NCBI GenBank assembly: GCA_013239625.1
Contig: MU054323.1
Location: 19,300,819 to 19,364,818 of the forward strand
Length of the DNA: 64,000 nucleotides
Direction of reading: 5' to 3'
DNA from: Lama guanicoe
Taxonomy: Eukaryota
Below the pieces are notes generated by a model. That model did no database searches and was not told the origin of the DNA. It saw nothing but the letters and a program-made list of their open reading frames with translations. The position numbers and the translations under genes were made by a program. Below, one piece after another: positions 24,648 through 37,359 of this stretch; within the stretch, counting starts at the first letter, position 1; every line of letters begins with the position of its first letter.

Positions 24648-24944
24648 TGGGTTCACTTTTTAACTTTCAAAAAAGCTAAGGCTCATACTCTCCCCTACAA
24701 GCCTGTAAACACATTTAGAGCAACTCCCATCAACCAGCTCAGAGCCCAGCAGACAGTGCATGCACATTAAATATTAATTTCACTGAAGTAAAAGGTTGCA
24801 CAAGACATTGGTAGAAGCAGGAGTGGAACTGACGGGCTTGGGCACTGTCACCCTTTCATAAATGGCTTTCCTGTGGTTCTCTACTCAAGCCTACAGGAAT
24901 GCCTAGGAATTTAACTGCTAACTATCACAGAGAATTTCACTTTC

Positions 24945-25370
24945 AGGGAAGCAATGGAGTCTGTAAGAAGAGTATAAAAGACTTAGTGTCAAAAATCTGA
25001 AATTGCATCAAAGTCCTTCAAGTCTTCCTAGCTATTTTCAACCCTAGGTGCTCTTCAGAGTCACCTGGAGAGCCTTGGAAGCTGAGATGCCCAGGATTCA
25101 CCTATGGAATCAAAGCTTACAGGCGTGGAGCATGAGCAGATACCATTTAAACAGATTCATAAAGTTAAAAAATGCTATTCTAGCTATTTCTTAAAAGGCC
25201 TGCCCCAATCCTTCAGAAACATAGTGAGCTCAACTGTCTGTAAAATGGGCTGTTACTGTCTCCATCCCTGACTTCACAGGGATATAGTGAGGGTTTCGTC
25301 ACAGTGGGAATACATGTGAAAGCAACATAACCTGTAAACCATGGTAATAATGTAAGATGACCTTGTATTA
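24945..25370 (+). mobile_element. MIR-family SINE interrupted by a MER5A-like fragment (about 25040-25160)
   Basis: ctgtaaaatgggctgttact...cttcacagggatatagtgagg; insert cagagtcacctggagagcctt...gatgcccagg. Confidence 0.55.
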
Positions 25371-26639
25371 TCAGGTAATCTGAATGTGAAACAAGGATTT
25401 AGAGGAAACAAAACACATCCATCCCCTATAGACATGTTCTATATAAAGAATCATATTATTCTCTTTTCAAAGTTATAATTATACTCTGTTGTTATAGCTG
25501 TGTTTCAGTGAAGTGGTTTATAAATTAAATTTTATTTTAAGCACATTAAGGGAACCAGCTATTTAAAGTAACTCCCTGTTGAACTCTTTCTGAAGAATTC
25601 TTCTCAAATGCAAATAGACAATCACAAACCAATCTTTATTTAAAGCCTGGGTTTTGTATATGATGTTATCTGGAAGTGGGGCACAGCTGTACCGCTGTCA
25701 GCCACATCTGGTGGCTTCCCTGTGAAACTGCTCATGCCTTTCTCGGCTCAGCTTCCCAACACCAGTGCCACTGGCCTCATAGGAAGGATGAGACACCTGG
25801 GCCTTTCGCTCACCCACCAAATGCTGAGACACAAACACAGGTGTTACCGCTTAGACTCCAACCACAGCTGAAATCCCCTATGTTCCACAATAAAGCCCTA
25901 CATCAAGCAGAGGACTCCCCTAAAAAAGCCCTCTTCATGAAATATATCCCGTATCCTTGATGCTCAGAGGCTGATTTATCATCCACCTAGGGACCACACC
26001 TCCTTGCAGAGAGTTCAAAACTCTCACATAGGATTTGCTTTTGTTTTTGTTTTACAAAATCCCCCACCATTTCTTCGCTTCAACCACGTTGATCATATTT
26101 CCAGTGTTCAAGAGAAAACCATACAGTCTGGTTTCTCAGAAACTCAGGGAGAAAAAAACAAATTTCTTCACAGTAAGTTTCCTTTCAAAAGAATAAAATT
26201 ATGATAGTTTAAGATCAACATGCAAGTCACTTCCCATCAGAATCAAATCTGTTTCAGAATTCAGTTTTGCTAAGGCCTCATCTCCAAATACGCCGACTGG
26301 CTGTCAGTGTGCCTATTAGCCATTAAAGGGGTTGGAAAGGTAAAGGAGAGTGGATTGGAGTTCTTTGAACATGGGATTTCTATAGCTTTTCACTTAACAG
26401 ACGAAAACTGCCCAAAGAGAATTTTCTGAATGGTGTTGAATGTTCTTGACTTGGAATTCACAAGGCTAACCAAGGGATTGGGTAAAATCTTTCATCATTA
26501 ATCCAGATGTATCTTGTGATTAACCTGGTAGCGCAAACCTTGAAGCACCAGTAAGTAAGGAAAAGAAAGACCTCTCAAACCACAAATTAAGAAACTGGGA
26601 GCTGTAAAGACTGAGGTAAGGGTAGTAATTCATAATGAA

Positions 26640-26890
26640 GAACACTGTGATGGAGAGCATGGATTCTGGAGCCAGACTGAGTTCCCAGGGCAGCTCAAAC
26701 ACTTACTGGCTGTGTAAATTTAAACGGGTCAGTTCGCCTTTGTAGACCTCTGTTTCCTTATCCATAAACAGAGGTGACAACTGTATTTACCTATAATAGG
26801 GGTTATTACAAAGGTAGATAAAAGTTAGTATGTGTAAAGTCCTTAGGACAGACAGTGCCTTTAATGTACTAAATACTATGTAAAGTTTTT
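26640..26890 (+). mobile_element. MIR SINE, near full length
   Basis: agagcatggattctggagccagactg...cacttactggctgtgt...cctctgtttccttatccataaa...tgtaaagtccttag. Confidence 0.88.
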
Positions 26891-29069
26891 AAAGCAAAAT
26901 TTAAACTAATGTATAGTAGGATTTTAAAAAATCTGATATTGTAAGGAATCTCAGAGATGAGAAAGTAAGGTGTAGAGAAGTTACAAGAAGCAGACTATGC
27001 GGTCCATCATTGATACACACTGAATAGCTCTGACCTACCTCCGTTTTGCTACCAGCTTTCGGATGACTCTGAGATAGTCAGTGAAATAGTTACTGCCAAA
27101 CTAGAGTAACAACACTGAGATTCTTTGTATTAGAGGTGTGAGGGAAAAATGAACAGGAAGAAACACTTTTAGCTATTGTACAAGCGGAGAAGCACCAAAA
27201 CATGGAGTTTGGGAGCATATTCCCATTTCCCAGAAGTACTTTTCAGATTTTAATCACACTTTCCGAGACTGGTGTCTATAGAGAAATGTAGACTACAGCC
27301 AGAGGGCTTGTTGAAATGGAGGTTTTAATAACAGAGAAAATGAAGTACTCTGAAAATCGCATTAGGCTTTAGAAATGTGTGCAGGCTAGTTCATTAAATA
27401 GTGCTGTAAACAAGAAGCGAACACTCAAGCACTTGACTGCTACTCATATTACGTGCAACCCTGAGAAATTTATAGAATCTCTGTAAGTGTCACGTTCCGC
27501 ACAGATGAGACAGAAAAATTTTATTGTATCCCTAATGATGACTATGTTGATAATGATTGATCAAAGGGTAAAGCCTTTCTCAATTAAAAAAAAATTAGAT
27601 GAAAGACAAGCCACTTTAGAATTGATACGATCAGATTTCTCTCCGTTAGCCCACAAATTGTTCCACGTGGATAAAAATCGGGATGAAAACATCAGTTCTA
27701 GAATTTAATGTTAGCGTGTGAATGATTTAGAAATCTGACGAGCCCCAGCTTAGCAAAGGACCAGAATGAAAATCTACCTGCTCTCCCAGGGCAACACATC
27801 AAGGGTAGGCTTAGATCTCCTTGCGAAACTCTGAGATTCTTAGAGTTTATCTGCACCAGTAAGGAAAACATGGTTCAAGAAGAAAATTACAGAATGGGTC
27901 AAAATTTGACACTCTTTTTCGGTCCATTAGTGATCGACTTAGCTCTTTTGTCATTTCAGCAGACCCCAAGCATAGACAAAAAGAAAACCAGTGATCCTGT
28001 AACAGGTGTCAGTCGACTCCAAGTGTTGAGGAAACATACTTTTCATAACATGGATTTAAATAATAATTTTTTATTTAAAGGTATTCTGTGCTATAATTTT
28101 CCAGTAGGTCAATCTATTAAAGACCGTTCAAGCCCGTGGCTCCCCCTGGTGGAAATACTGAAGAGCAAAGTCAAGTCAAAGGGCTTGTGAGACCAAACAA
28201 TGGAAAGAATTGCTGCCTACCCAACTGAAGTCCATCCATGCCTGAAGGCTTTGGGACATTGCAAGGAACAGAGAAAGGACAAGGATACAAAAAGATACGA
28301 GTGAGTGAGAGAGCTTCTTGTTTAGGATGAGAGATATCAGAGGGATGCTTGGGAAGCACGGTGGAAAATTCCAATCAAGAGAGGGAAGTTAATGCTGGGC
28401 AGAAGTGTCCACTTTCCTTGTGAAGGTGCAGTCATTAAGTACCTCTCTACAGCTATTCAAGGAGCTATTACAATTTAGCTAGAACTTTTAACCTTCTTCC
28501 TTCCAGTTGTCACTTTTTTTCTGAAAGTACCCCAACCCTTTAATGAAGATCCTTCATCAGTTCTGTGTGCTAGTTAAGAGGAAATGGAAGGTACAGCATG
28601 ACAAAGAGGAAAGAGAACAATGCACTACCTTGTATTTTCCCAGAATCAGTGGAGACAAAGTGACAATCTTTTTGAATGAACTTAGATTCATGTTTCTAGG
28701 TGATCATCAGCAGACTGAGGAGGGACATTCTCATAGTGACTTAGGGACTTGCAAAACCAGAATGTTAGAGACAGAACAAATGCTATTGGACCTGAATTAT
28801 CTTCAGAGGTTACAGAAGGTGGTATCCTGCAGGAAGAGAGAAAGAGAATGGAGAATTTCTGGTTTGCAGTGACAGTCTGCTCAGCTGACTTGGAGAAGGT
28901 CACCTTACTTGGGAGTCAACAAATGGTCTGGTATTTTTTATTTTAAAAATGTTCATGATAACCCAAGCAAAAGTATGTAGGGACTTTGATAAAAAGGTTC
29001 TGAAAGAAGGAGGAGGAATCTGAGACCCAACAGGAAGAAGTCTGAGGAGGGAGCATTCTGGGTAAAAAG

Positions 29070-29185
29070 CCTGGCTACTCAAAAGTGTGGACCCTGGACC
29101 GGCAGCATCAACCTAGACCAGAATTTGCACTGTAACAAGATCCCCACGTTTCATGTGCATATTTGGGTTTGAGAGGCATTGGTGT
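29070..29185. mobile_element. MER5A1-like hAT-Charlie MITE, internally deleted
   Basis: tggctactcaaaagtgtggaccctggaccggcagcatca...taacaagatcccca...tttgagaggcattg. Confidence 0.75.
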
Positions 29186-29971
29186 AGAGGGCAGTCCTGA
29201 GAGAGCCAGGAAAACTCAGGTGGGGATCAGAACCTTTAATGATATTCTGGGTGGGTTAGAGTGTCAGCTGAAGGGGGAGTTACCGCAGCGGACAGTCAGT
29301 ATCAAATCTGATTGGCAATGACATCCTGGCAGCAAGGATCGATTCCCCGCAGAGGTGGAAGATGAGAGAAGTACTCCCTCCTCAGGGTCCAGCCCTCTAC
29401 CAGAGTTGGTCAGAGTTACTCCTAAGATCCAGGCATGGAGACTGAGGTTATAGAAAAGGCTTTAGTTCCATTAAGGAATAGAAGTGCTCTCAAAGGAAAC
29501 CAAGGCAGGAAACTGGTTCTAGAGTTTCTATCAACCCGGTAGAGGTAAGGAAGTGGCATGACTTGGAGACTAGATGGGAAGGCAGGCTCATCACTAGCAT
29601 ATCAATAGTCTCCTAGTAGCAGTACCACGGCCAATCCCACCCGCCCCAGAACGAGATGCATGTGAAGACGGAGAGACGTTTAGGCAGTGGAATTTGAGTT
29701 TTCATATTTCTCCCTATAGTCTGGTGGGGCTTTGGGTTATTTTATGACAAAGTCCCAAGTTTGCTGAAGGTAAACTGTTTTTGCCTGGGACCCAATTTCA
29801 AGAGGAGTATTTTTTAACAAAGTTTCTAAAGACTAGGCCTATAAACACTTTAATTAAATCTGTAAAGTCAATTCCATAGTATTTTCACAAAATGCATTTT
29901 ATGTTAAGAAGATATTTATCTCTCAAATAACTCAGATTGACTGGTTTTTATCAAATTTGTACAAGCCATGT

Positions 29972-30376
29972 TGTTAGAGCAGGCGGACAGTGAGATATGA
30001 GCAGAGAAAGGGGGACATGGGCTAAGTGGTAGGAAATCACACACCCTGTGAACGGTGGGGCCCTCGGGCAGACAGAGAAGAGCAGGAGCCTCCTGACTTA
30101 TAAGAAATCACACATTTTGGGGTGACAAGTGTCCTGGAGGCAGACAAAGAAAGGTGGGGAAAGGCAGGAATCTCTAGCATCCAAAAGTAACCTTTTGCTC
30201 ATTATGCCCTCATTACAATAAATTAGCCTTGCTAAGAACTACCCATCATGTACTGACGCCATGATACTCTCAATCCAGACTAAATAAGGACAAAAACCCC
30301 TCCTCCTCTCAGGAAGGTGGAACTGGGGTGGAAATCAGGGACCACGACCCCAAACCCCTCTCTGCCAATGGTAACA
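29972..30376 (+). mobile_element. ERV1-class solo LTR (MER50-like start)
   Basis: Begins TGTTAGAGCAGG...atatgagcag and ends ...GGTAACA (TGTTA/TAACA inverted termini); flanks atgt/atat fit a 4-bp TSD with one mismatch. Confidence 0.65.
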
Positions 30377-31288
30377 ATATCAGCTCCTCAGTCCCAACAA
30401 ACTGAAGCACTGCTTTAGTTCATGAAACCACCCAACCAGGACTGTCTCGTTTGGGGAGCCTCTTAGAGAACATTCCTGCATAGCCCAGCAAGTGCCAGGA
30501 TCTGTCTCATACAGCCCCACAGGGTCTGCGCTCACCAGGCACTGCCGGTCACCCAGCAGGCCTCAGCATGGCACCCGTGTGTGTGGTGGGCATCTGCCCT
30601 GCCCCGCCAGGAATCAAGCTCTCCCCTATGTTCTGCATTGTTCATCAGGGGGTTATCGCTTTGCCCAGGGTGTTGTGTTCAAGGATGCCCAATCAGAAAA
30701 CTCACATGATCCTGTCTGGCTGATCTTTTTGTCCTGATTGTGCCAAACAAGGATGTATTTGAAGCAGAACTAGAAAGAGATGCCGACTTAGCCCAGTGCA
30801 ATCCTTGGGGAACTAGAGGCTGCTCCCTCTAGTGTTCTCTCTCTTACCTTAGCTACCCATGCACAAACTCCATCCTCATAGACTCTCTTCCCCAATCAAA
30901 TTATTTACACAAATATATATTGGCAGGTGCGTGTGTGTGCACAGATGGGGCTGGGGTGGTCTCTTAGCCCTAAGAGGTAAATTTTCACTTAGACCTAGCA
31001 AAGACCAGTCTGTTATTTTTGTACTGAAGGCCAAAATATTGGCATCCATCATCTAAAAACAAAGTAGTGATTTTTCTCTCCCAAACAGATTATTTAATAG
31101 ACATCTGGCTCCAAAGAAGACTAAACATGTTAGATATCAGATCAAAATACAGGTCTCCACTTTTAAAGGTGAAAAAAGACTTTAAAGGCATTAGTCTTTT
31201 AAGAAGACTCTCCTAATCTCACCAACTAGGAGGACCTTTCTTTCTTAAACGGTACTTGCCTTGGCACCCAAAATGGTATGTGACTTAC

Positions 31289-31359
31289 CACGCTTGACTG
31301 TCAGTCAAAGTGCCCAGGGGAAAGACTGCAGCTTCCTCCCTACATAGCTCACTGCTCTG
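31289..31359 (-). other. Candidate 71-nt untranslated exon
   Basis: Minus strand tttctttcttggttggctgacag|CAGAGCAG...GTCAAGCGTG|gtaagt; NAGNAG acceptor and consensus donor. Confidence 0.35.
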
Positions 31360-32504
31360 CTGTCAGCCAACCAAGAAAGAAATTCTTATCCCGCTTGATT
31401 TAAGTGACAAGACAGAGCAGCCGCCTTGTGTGATGTATGTATGTTAACCGTGTTCATCTTTAGCCCTTTTTTTTTCATCTAAGATCTGTGTTCTTAAAGA
31501 TGGAAAGTAATACATATCTGCAGGTAGAAAGGTAAATCAATGATGTGGTTTGGGAATTAAATGGTAAAAACTCAGGAATTCCTTCAGTGAAGAGTCCATG
31601 TTTTTAGCAAGGATGAATTAAAAGCATTATTTACTGTGAGCTGGATTTTGGAGGATTTTTTTTAACATCAGGTGAGCTGCAGGCTAAGAGATAATTAAGT
31701 GATTTTAGAATTAAGAGGTTGTTTTCTTTCTCCTTCAGGGAACATTCTGGTGCTCTCCTTGATTTAACAAAAAAAAAGTCCCAAATTCTGTGACAGAGAA
31801 TGATTTTCCCTCGGCAGAGAAGACAGAATTACAGAATACTTGGAGCTGTTGAAAGGTTCAAGGGGAGTGGTGGAGGTGGGAGAGGGAAGGGGCACTGGAA
31901 TCTAGGAGAGAGAAAGGTTGAAAATAGATTCTTCAAGCATTTGAAAGAAATGAAGCCAATCCTAAGCACAAAGGTTTAAATTATAAGATCATATGCTACA
32001 AAGTGCTGATGTTATGTGTCTTCAGAAGTTTTATGGAGACTCAAGAGTCATGGGAATGCTGGCTTGGCACATAGCGGGTACCAAAATTATAACTGTCCAA
32101 AGGATGGATGGAGGTGAAAATTCACTAGGTCAATAGATCCTCTTCGCCCTCTGAGAGCCGTAAGACAAGGTTCTTGAAAGACTAGGTTAATAGCTGTGCT
32201 CTTTCCTTTCTGTTATTTTGCCATTGAATAGAAGTAAACATTTTTTCATTTAAAGCCCAGACTGTATTAAACCAATTGATCTATTTGCGGATAGTTACAT
32301 TATACAACTAATTATAGGGGTCTGAACAACAAAGGCATTAGATCTCTCAAAGTGCCTTGTCCTCTCCTTCCTTCTGGCCATCTTTTAGATTCTGAACCAC
32401 ATTTAAAAATCAGCCACATGAAAATTAGCACAATTGACACTGGATACAAAGGAGTCAGAGAATGGGTCTGATATATACATGTATGAAATATACCTGGAAA
32501 AATA

Positions 32505-32720
32505 AGTAGTGTGAGTCACGTGTCCTGCCCATGTGATGCGGTTTTGTGTTGTACGGGACTCGGCTGGAAAGGACACAGAGTGTTTTTGACTAGTCAGGTA
32601 TAGTTTTTTCTTACCTCGGTGAGCTAAGCTAGCTGACCTGGGGGTGGAAATGAGTGTAGCCGTGTGAAACCCCACCTCACTCAGCTACGTCATGCACGGG
32701 CTCCTTATGAGTCCAAGTAG
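32505..32720. promoter_or_regulatory. Candidate enhancer or alternative promoter
   Basis: Overlapping AP-1 and E-box TGAGTCACGTG at 32512-32522; palindrome TGACTAGTCA at 32587-32596; CRE half-site acgtca; about eight CpGs in 200 bp; minus-strand donor GAG|gtaaga at 32614. Confidence 0.45.
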
Positions 32721-34134
32721 TTAAAACACTGGAAAGCTGAATTAAGCATTCTAGAGAGAAAAACATGTGTGCTTCCTCTTTCTTCCTCATCACATACCCA
32801 GGAAAAGAAATTCTGCAGCCCCCACTGTGAATCTATTACCATAAATTATAATAGAGTTATCGCCAGTGTGTTCACAGATTCAGCAAATGAAAATCTGCCA
32901 GCTTGCTGTTCACCCTTGTCACAAACATGTTTCCCTAAATAAAGTAGACATCTAATAACCAAGGGCGGCTTCCACTCCCAGCAGAGTATTGAATTCTGTG
33001 GATGCCGATGATAGCTCATCTAGAAAACCTTTGATTCCTATACAGCTTTTCAGTTACAGAAACAAAGCCTCCCCCAGGCTAATGTGGCCTAAGTCAGTAA
33101 AACAAGTTTTCATTGTGACTTACTAGGCAGTCACTGCCACAGGAGGTTACGTTAAATATAAGACAATAGCATTAAAGCCAATCACAAGCCCCATTCCCCC
33201 GTCCTCCTCTTTGCTACCAATGAAGACCGACTCTGTTCAGCGTGATAAATGTATTCTGCACCCTTCCCTTAACTTCAGGAGTTACCTGTTCCCATCCCCC
33301 CCCCCAATTTTCTTCCCAGGGCTGAGATTTCTCATCGCTTCCTACGGTGGGGGCCACCCTCTCCATGCTCCCGAAAATCCCACCCTCCTCCAGAAAACTC
33401 TCCTCTGGCATTCTAGCCATCGTGGCTATTTGTAGAAGTAAATGAAAAGATGTTTCTATCTATATTGAACTATATCTATATAGCTATATTATATACTACG
33501 TATTACATAGCTATAAAGGAAATTATGTTTTGACTTTTTATCTGTTGGCTTTTCTGTTTACCTTTCTCTTTATCTACCATCCATCTTTATACTCTAAGTG
33601 TAAAGCCCCTGCTAAGGGTCTGTACATCTCTGAACCCAGCTCTTTAAACACAGCAACTACCCAACAAATCATGTGTACCACATTCAAAGAGTGGAACTCC
33701 AAGGAGGGGTAGCAGAAAACATCGTTCTTCCCCTTCTCCTTCCCATCTCTGTAAGGCCAGTTCTTCCTTACGCCTAAGATTAAATTGAGGGCAGATCTCA
33801 CAACTTTTCCGGCCAGTCTCAAGAAATGAAAATTCCTGAGAACATTTTCAATCAGAGAGCACCTCATATGAGTAAAATGACCTTGTGGTAACAAGGCTCT
33901 AAATTTCACTTAAAGTAAAAATGTTTTTGTTTCTTCTACAGCTTGTTTCTGCCTCAGAGTGTAGCCTCCAGTGGGAAGAGAGGTCTGTTTCTCCACATCC
34001 CCAGACTTTGACTCCTGTCCCTCCGACCCCAGGCCCACCACTACCGAGGCTGCATTCTGACTCCTCTGGACTGAAGGGGGTGTAAGGGAGGGAAGGGAGG
34101 GGATGGGCAGGAAAAGGCTTATTCCACTGCTATG

Positions 34135-34285
34135 ATTGAGACACGGCCAGCTACTGACCAGCTACGTGAATTGGGCAGTTAACTTCTCTAAGCTTTAATC
34201 TCCCCCATGCACTGAGAACTGAGTTAATATAAGTAAGGCATCTGTAGTTCTTGAGACAGAGGTCGATGCTCAGTATGTGTGTCAG
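34135..34285 (+). mobile_element. MIR fragment
   Basis: ctgaccagctacgtgaattgggcagttaacttctctaagctt...gagttaatataagtaaggc. Confidence 0.55.
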
Positions 34286-34477
34286 GCATTACCTCTACTC
34301 AAACCAAGTCTCTCTCGTGGGGTACCTTTGTATTACTTTAGGCAATCCCCACTAGAAGTATCAGAGCAGTTTCTTTGGTGCAGGCAATGTCTCTCCTCAC
34401 ATAGGACCCCTCCACAAGCTTCTGTATCTGACAGTTCATCTCCAGACTCTGCCTGAAGAGCTCTTAGGTGATGCCCC

Positions 34478-34925
34478 CTTTTATTTTTTTCCTTCCAGTT
34501 TTATTGAGAGATAACTTACATACAGCACTGAGCAAGTTTAAGGTGTACAGCACCATGATTTGCTTTGTACATGCCATGAAATACCACAGTAAATTTAGCA
34601 AACATCCATCATCTCATACAGATACCAAATAAAAGAGAAATACTTCCTTGTGATGAGAACTCTTAGGATTTACTCTCCTAACAACTTTCATATATAACAC
34701 ACAGCAGTGTTCATTATGCTTATCACATTGTACATTACACCCCTAGTACCTCTTTATCTTATAACCGGAAGACTGTGCCTTCACAGTCTGTGACTGACTT
34801 CCTTCAGTTCCCCCCTCCCAGCCCCCACCTCGAGTAATCACAAATCTCCTCTCTTTTTCTGTGAGTTTGTTCATTTGTTTGTTTTTGAAGTGTAATTGAT
34901 CCACAACACTACGTTAGTTCTTGGT
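34478..34925 (-). mobile_element. Cetartiodactyl/laurasiatherian L1 3' end
   Basis: ccagttttattgagagataac...gtttaaggtgtacagca...ccttgtgatgagaactcttaggatttactctc. Confidence 0.88.
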
Positions 34926-34973
34926 AGACCTCTGGGAGTGGGGAATGACTTTAAAATGACTGGAGGGATAGAT

Positions 34974-35148
34974 CAGTGGTTCTCAACTGGGAGCAATTCA
35001 TCAGCTCCAGGAGGTACGAGGGACGCATTATGGGCATGGAGGGTGTAAGCCATAAATGCTGCAAAATATCCTACAATGCACAGGACAGTTCCTCAACAAA
35101 GAATTATCCAGGCCAAAATGTCAACAGTGCCAAAGTTAAGAAACCCGG
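34974..35148 (+). mobile_element. MER20 (hAT-Charlie)
   Basis: cagtggttctcaactggg...atcctacaatgcacaggacag...aagaattatccaggccaaaatgtcaacagtgccaaagttaagaaaccc. Confidence 0.88.
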
Positions 35149-35689
35149 GTTCAGGGACTATATTTCCTTGCAATCAACCCCAAAAGCTTAACGTATATAT
35201 GCTTGAAATGTGTTGCATATCAATCTCTGTTAATTTGCTACAATTTTGATCTTGGACGAACAGCTATGTATATAAAAGAAAAATGATTAAGTCAATTCAT
35301 TATTAAATTGTCACAAAAAATGGAACCTTAATTCTAAGGCCCACAAACCTTAGCAAGGCAGACTGTTGAGTGACTACTGAAAAATTAAGGTAATCCTGCA
35401 ACCTTGAGTTAACCATTACTTCATGTATGCATGAATCAACTATTAAGCCCAAACGTGCTCTGCACTGTACTAGGTGCTATAAGGTATATGTTCCTTACAT
35501 GGACGGGATAGTAACTTTCCATCCAAAAATGCACAGTGAGTAAGGGAGAGAGAACATTAAACGTTTTTTTTTTTTTTTTTGATCTCAGTTTCCACAGTGC
35601 CATCATGGCACCCAGATCATACTAATCCCTCAACAAATGTTGATTAAATAAGTGAATTCCTCAATTGCAAGTCCTCGCCCTTCTCTTTT

Positions 35690-36200
35690 TTTCATTCATT
35701 TAGCAAATCTTTATTAAGTAACTTTTCTGTGTTGGGCACCCTTTCAGGTGTTAGGGATACTCTGATGCACAAAACACAGAAGGTTCCTGCTCTCACAAAC
35801 CTTCCTTCCTGTGTGATTTTCAACCTTACTGGCTGTGACCTACAGTAAGAAATACATGGACCCTTTGTGACCCAGACACGCACCTATTTAAATAACTGAA
35901 GCAAAAATTTCTCAAAGCAGTGCTTGCTATTTTTACTTAAAAACACAGTCACATGTTTTCTATTCTATTCTCTTTCATTTTTTTGTGCACGTTCTGTTAA
36001 ATTCATTTCACAACGTATGAGTAAGTCATAACTTTCAGTTTGAACAGTTTAGTTGTACATGTGGATGGGGGGATAAATTTTTAAATAGCACTGGGGAGAC
36101 AGCAACTGAGGGTGCCATGATAGACAATGCCAGGAGGGGATCACTTCTTAGATATAATTATCATCCAGGGCTGCTGAGGAGGGAACCAAGATCTCAATGA
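35690..36200 (-). mobile_element. L2 3' end interrupted by a hAT-Charlie MITE (about 35810-36048)
   Basis: ttcattcatttagcaaatctttattaag is an L2 tail; insert gacctacagtaagaaataca...cagtttgaaca. Confidence 0.65.
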
Positions 36201-36445
36201 TAATAATATCAAACATTTACGTGTGTACACGAGGCACTATTCTGACTGCTTTACATGTAATCACCCACATAAACCTCACCACAACCCTGTAAGAGAATTG
36301 CTGCTGTTATCCTTATTTACAACTGTGGAAACTGAGACACAGCAGAGTCATGAATCTGGTGCCCTGGGTCACAGACCTGCTGACAGGTGAAACTGGCATT
36401 TGGAGGTAGTCGGTCACCAGAGCTCATGTTCTTAATTATTACCCA
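36200..36445 (-). mobile_element. MIR SINE
   Basis: ggcactattctgactgctttacatgtaat...cacaaccctgtaag...atttacaactgtggaaactgagacacag. Confidence 0.88.
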
Positions 36446-37359
36446 ATACTGCTCCTGATAGGAGAGAAGCCAACTGTTGGGAAGACTCTGCAGTTAAATG
36501 CAAAGGCCTGAGACAAACATGAGCATGCCTTTCTATGCCAACACACATGGTCCTTTGAAAGATTTTTACCCTTCCATTCATAAATAACCTTCCTATCTTG
36601 CTGTGACAGGTTGTGACAAGCAACCCATCACTTTCTCTGTCTTAACCCTGTAGGTCCCTTTGCCTTGGGACCAACCTAAATTACGCTTTCATCTTCTAGG
36701 TTTGGCTGAGGCAACCGTTCTTGTAGCATCAAAATCCAGGTCCCCACTAGGTCTTGGCCGAGCTAAACTATTGACCCTTGTAATGGCATACAGTCCTCTT
36801 TTTCTCCAAGGATTTTGTAAGAACTCACCTTCAAAACCAGGAAACTGTAATAGCAAAGAGCTAGGAACAGTGTCCACGTGAAAGCAAAGTTGCCAGCGCC
36901 TCTATCAGACCCCAAAGCTTCATGACAAGGAACTATTTTTGTGGAAAGATGGCCCTATTTGTCTTTACCTTGAGCCAAGATGACAGGCCTGAGTCCGGTC
37001 CTAACATTGCCTTAAAAAGTCTAAACCATCCCTCTGTACTGCAGGTTGCAGAATTAAGAGAGGTGGCGTGCTTTGATTGATATGGCAGTAGCTGCTACAA
37101 TCACTGAAAACAGGTGAACAAAAGAGAAGAGGTAGGAGCAAGCTAGGAAGGGAAGGATGGATTTGAGACTGACTCTCTAAGGACCATGACATCAGAGACT
37201 GGAGGAGAAACAGCCAAGTTACTCAGCAATTTGAAGGCTGCTATATATTGGTAGTTCAATAGTTCGGGATGTTCTACAATGAATTCTCTGGCTTAGGAAT
37301 TTCAGGAGAATACACATCAAATTTTCAAGGTGTTTTCCTTAGGGTATTTCCCCTTCTAA

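Noticed and set aside
34860..34925. Second poly(T)/L1 3' end nested in the L1 at 34478
   Set aside because: As I recall, this internal tail-like segment is part of the family consensus, so it is not evidence of a separate insertion.
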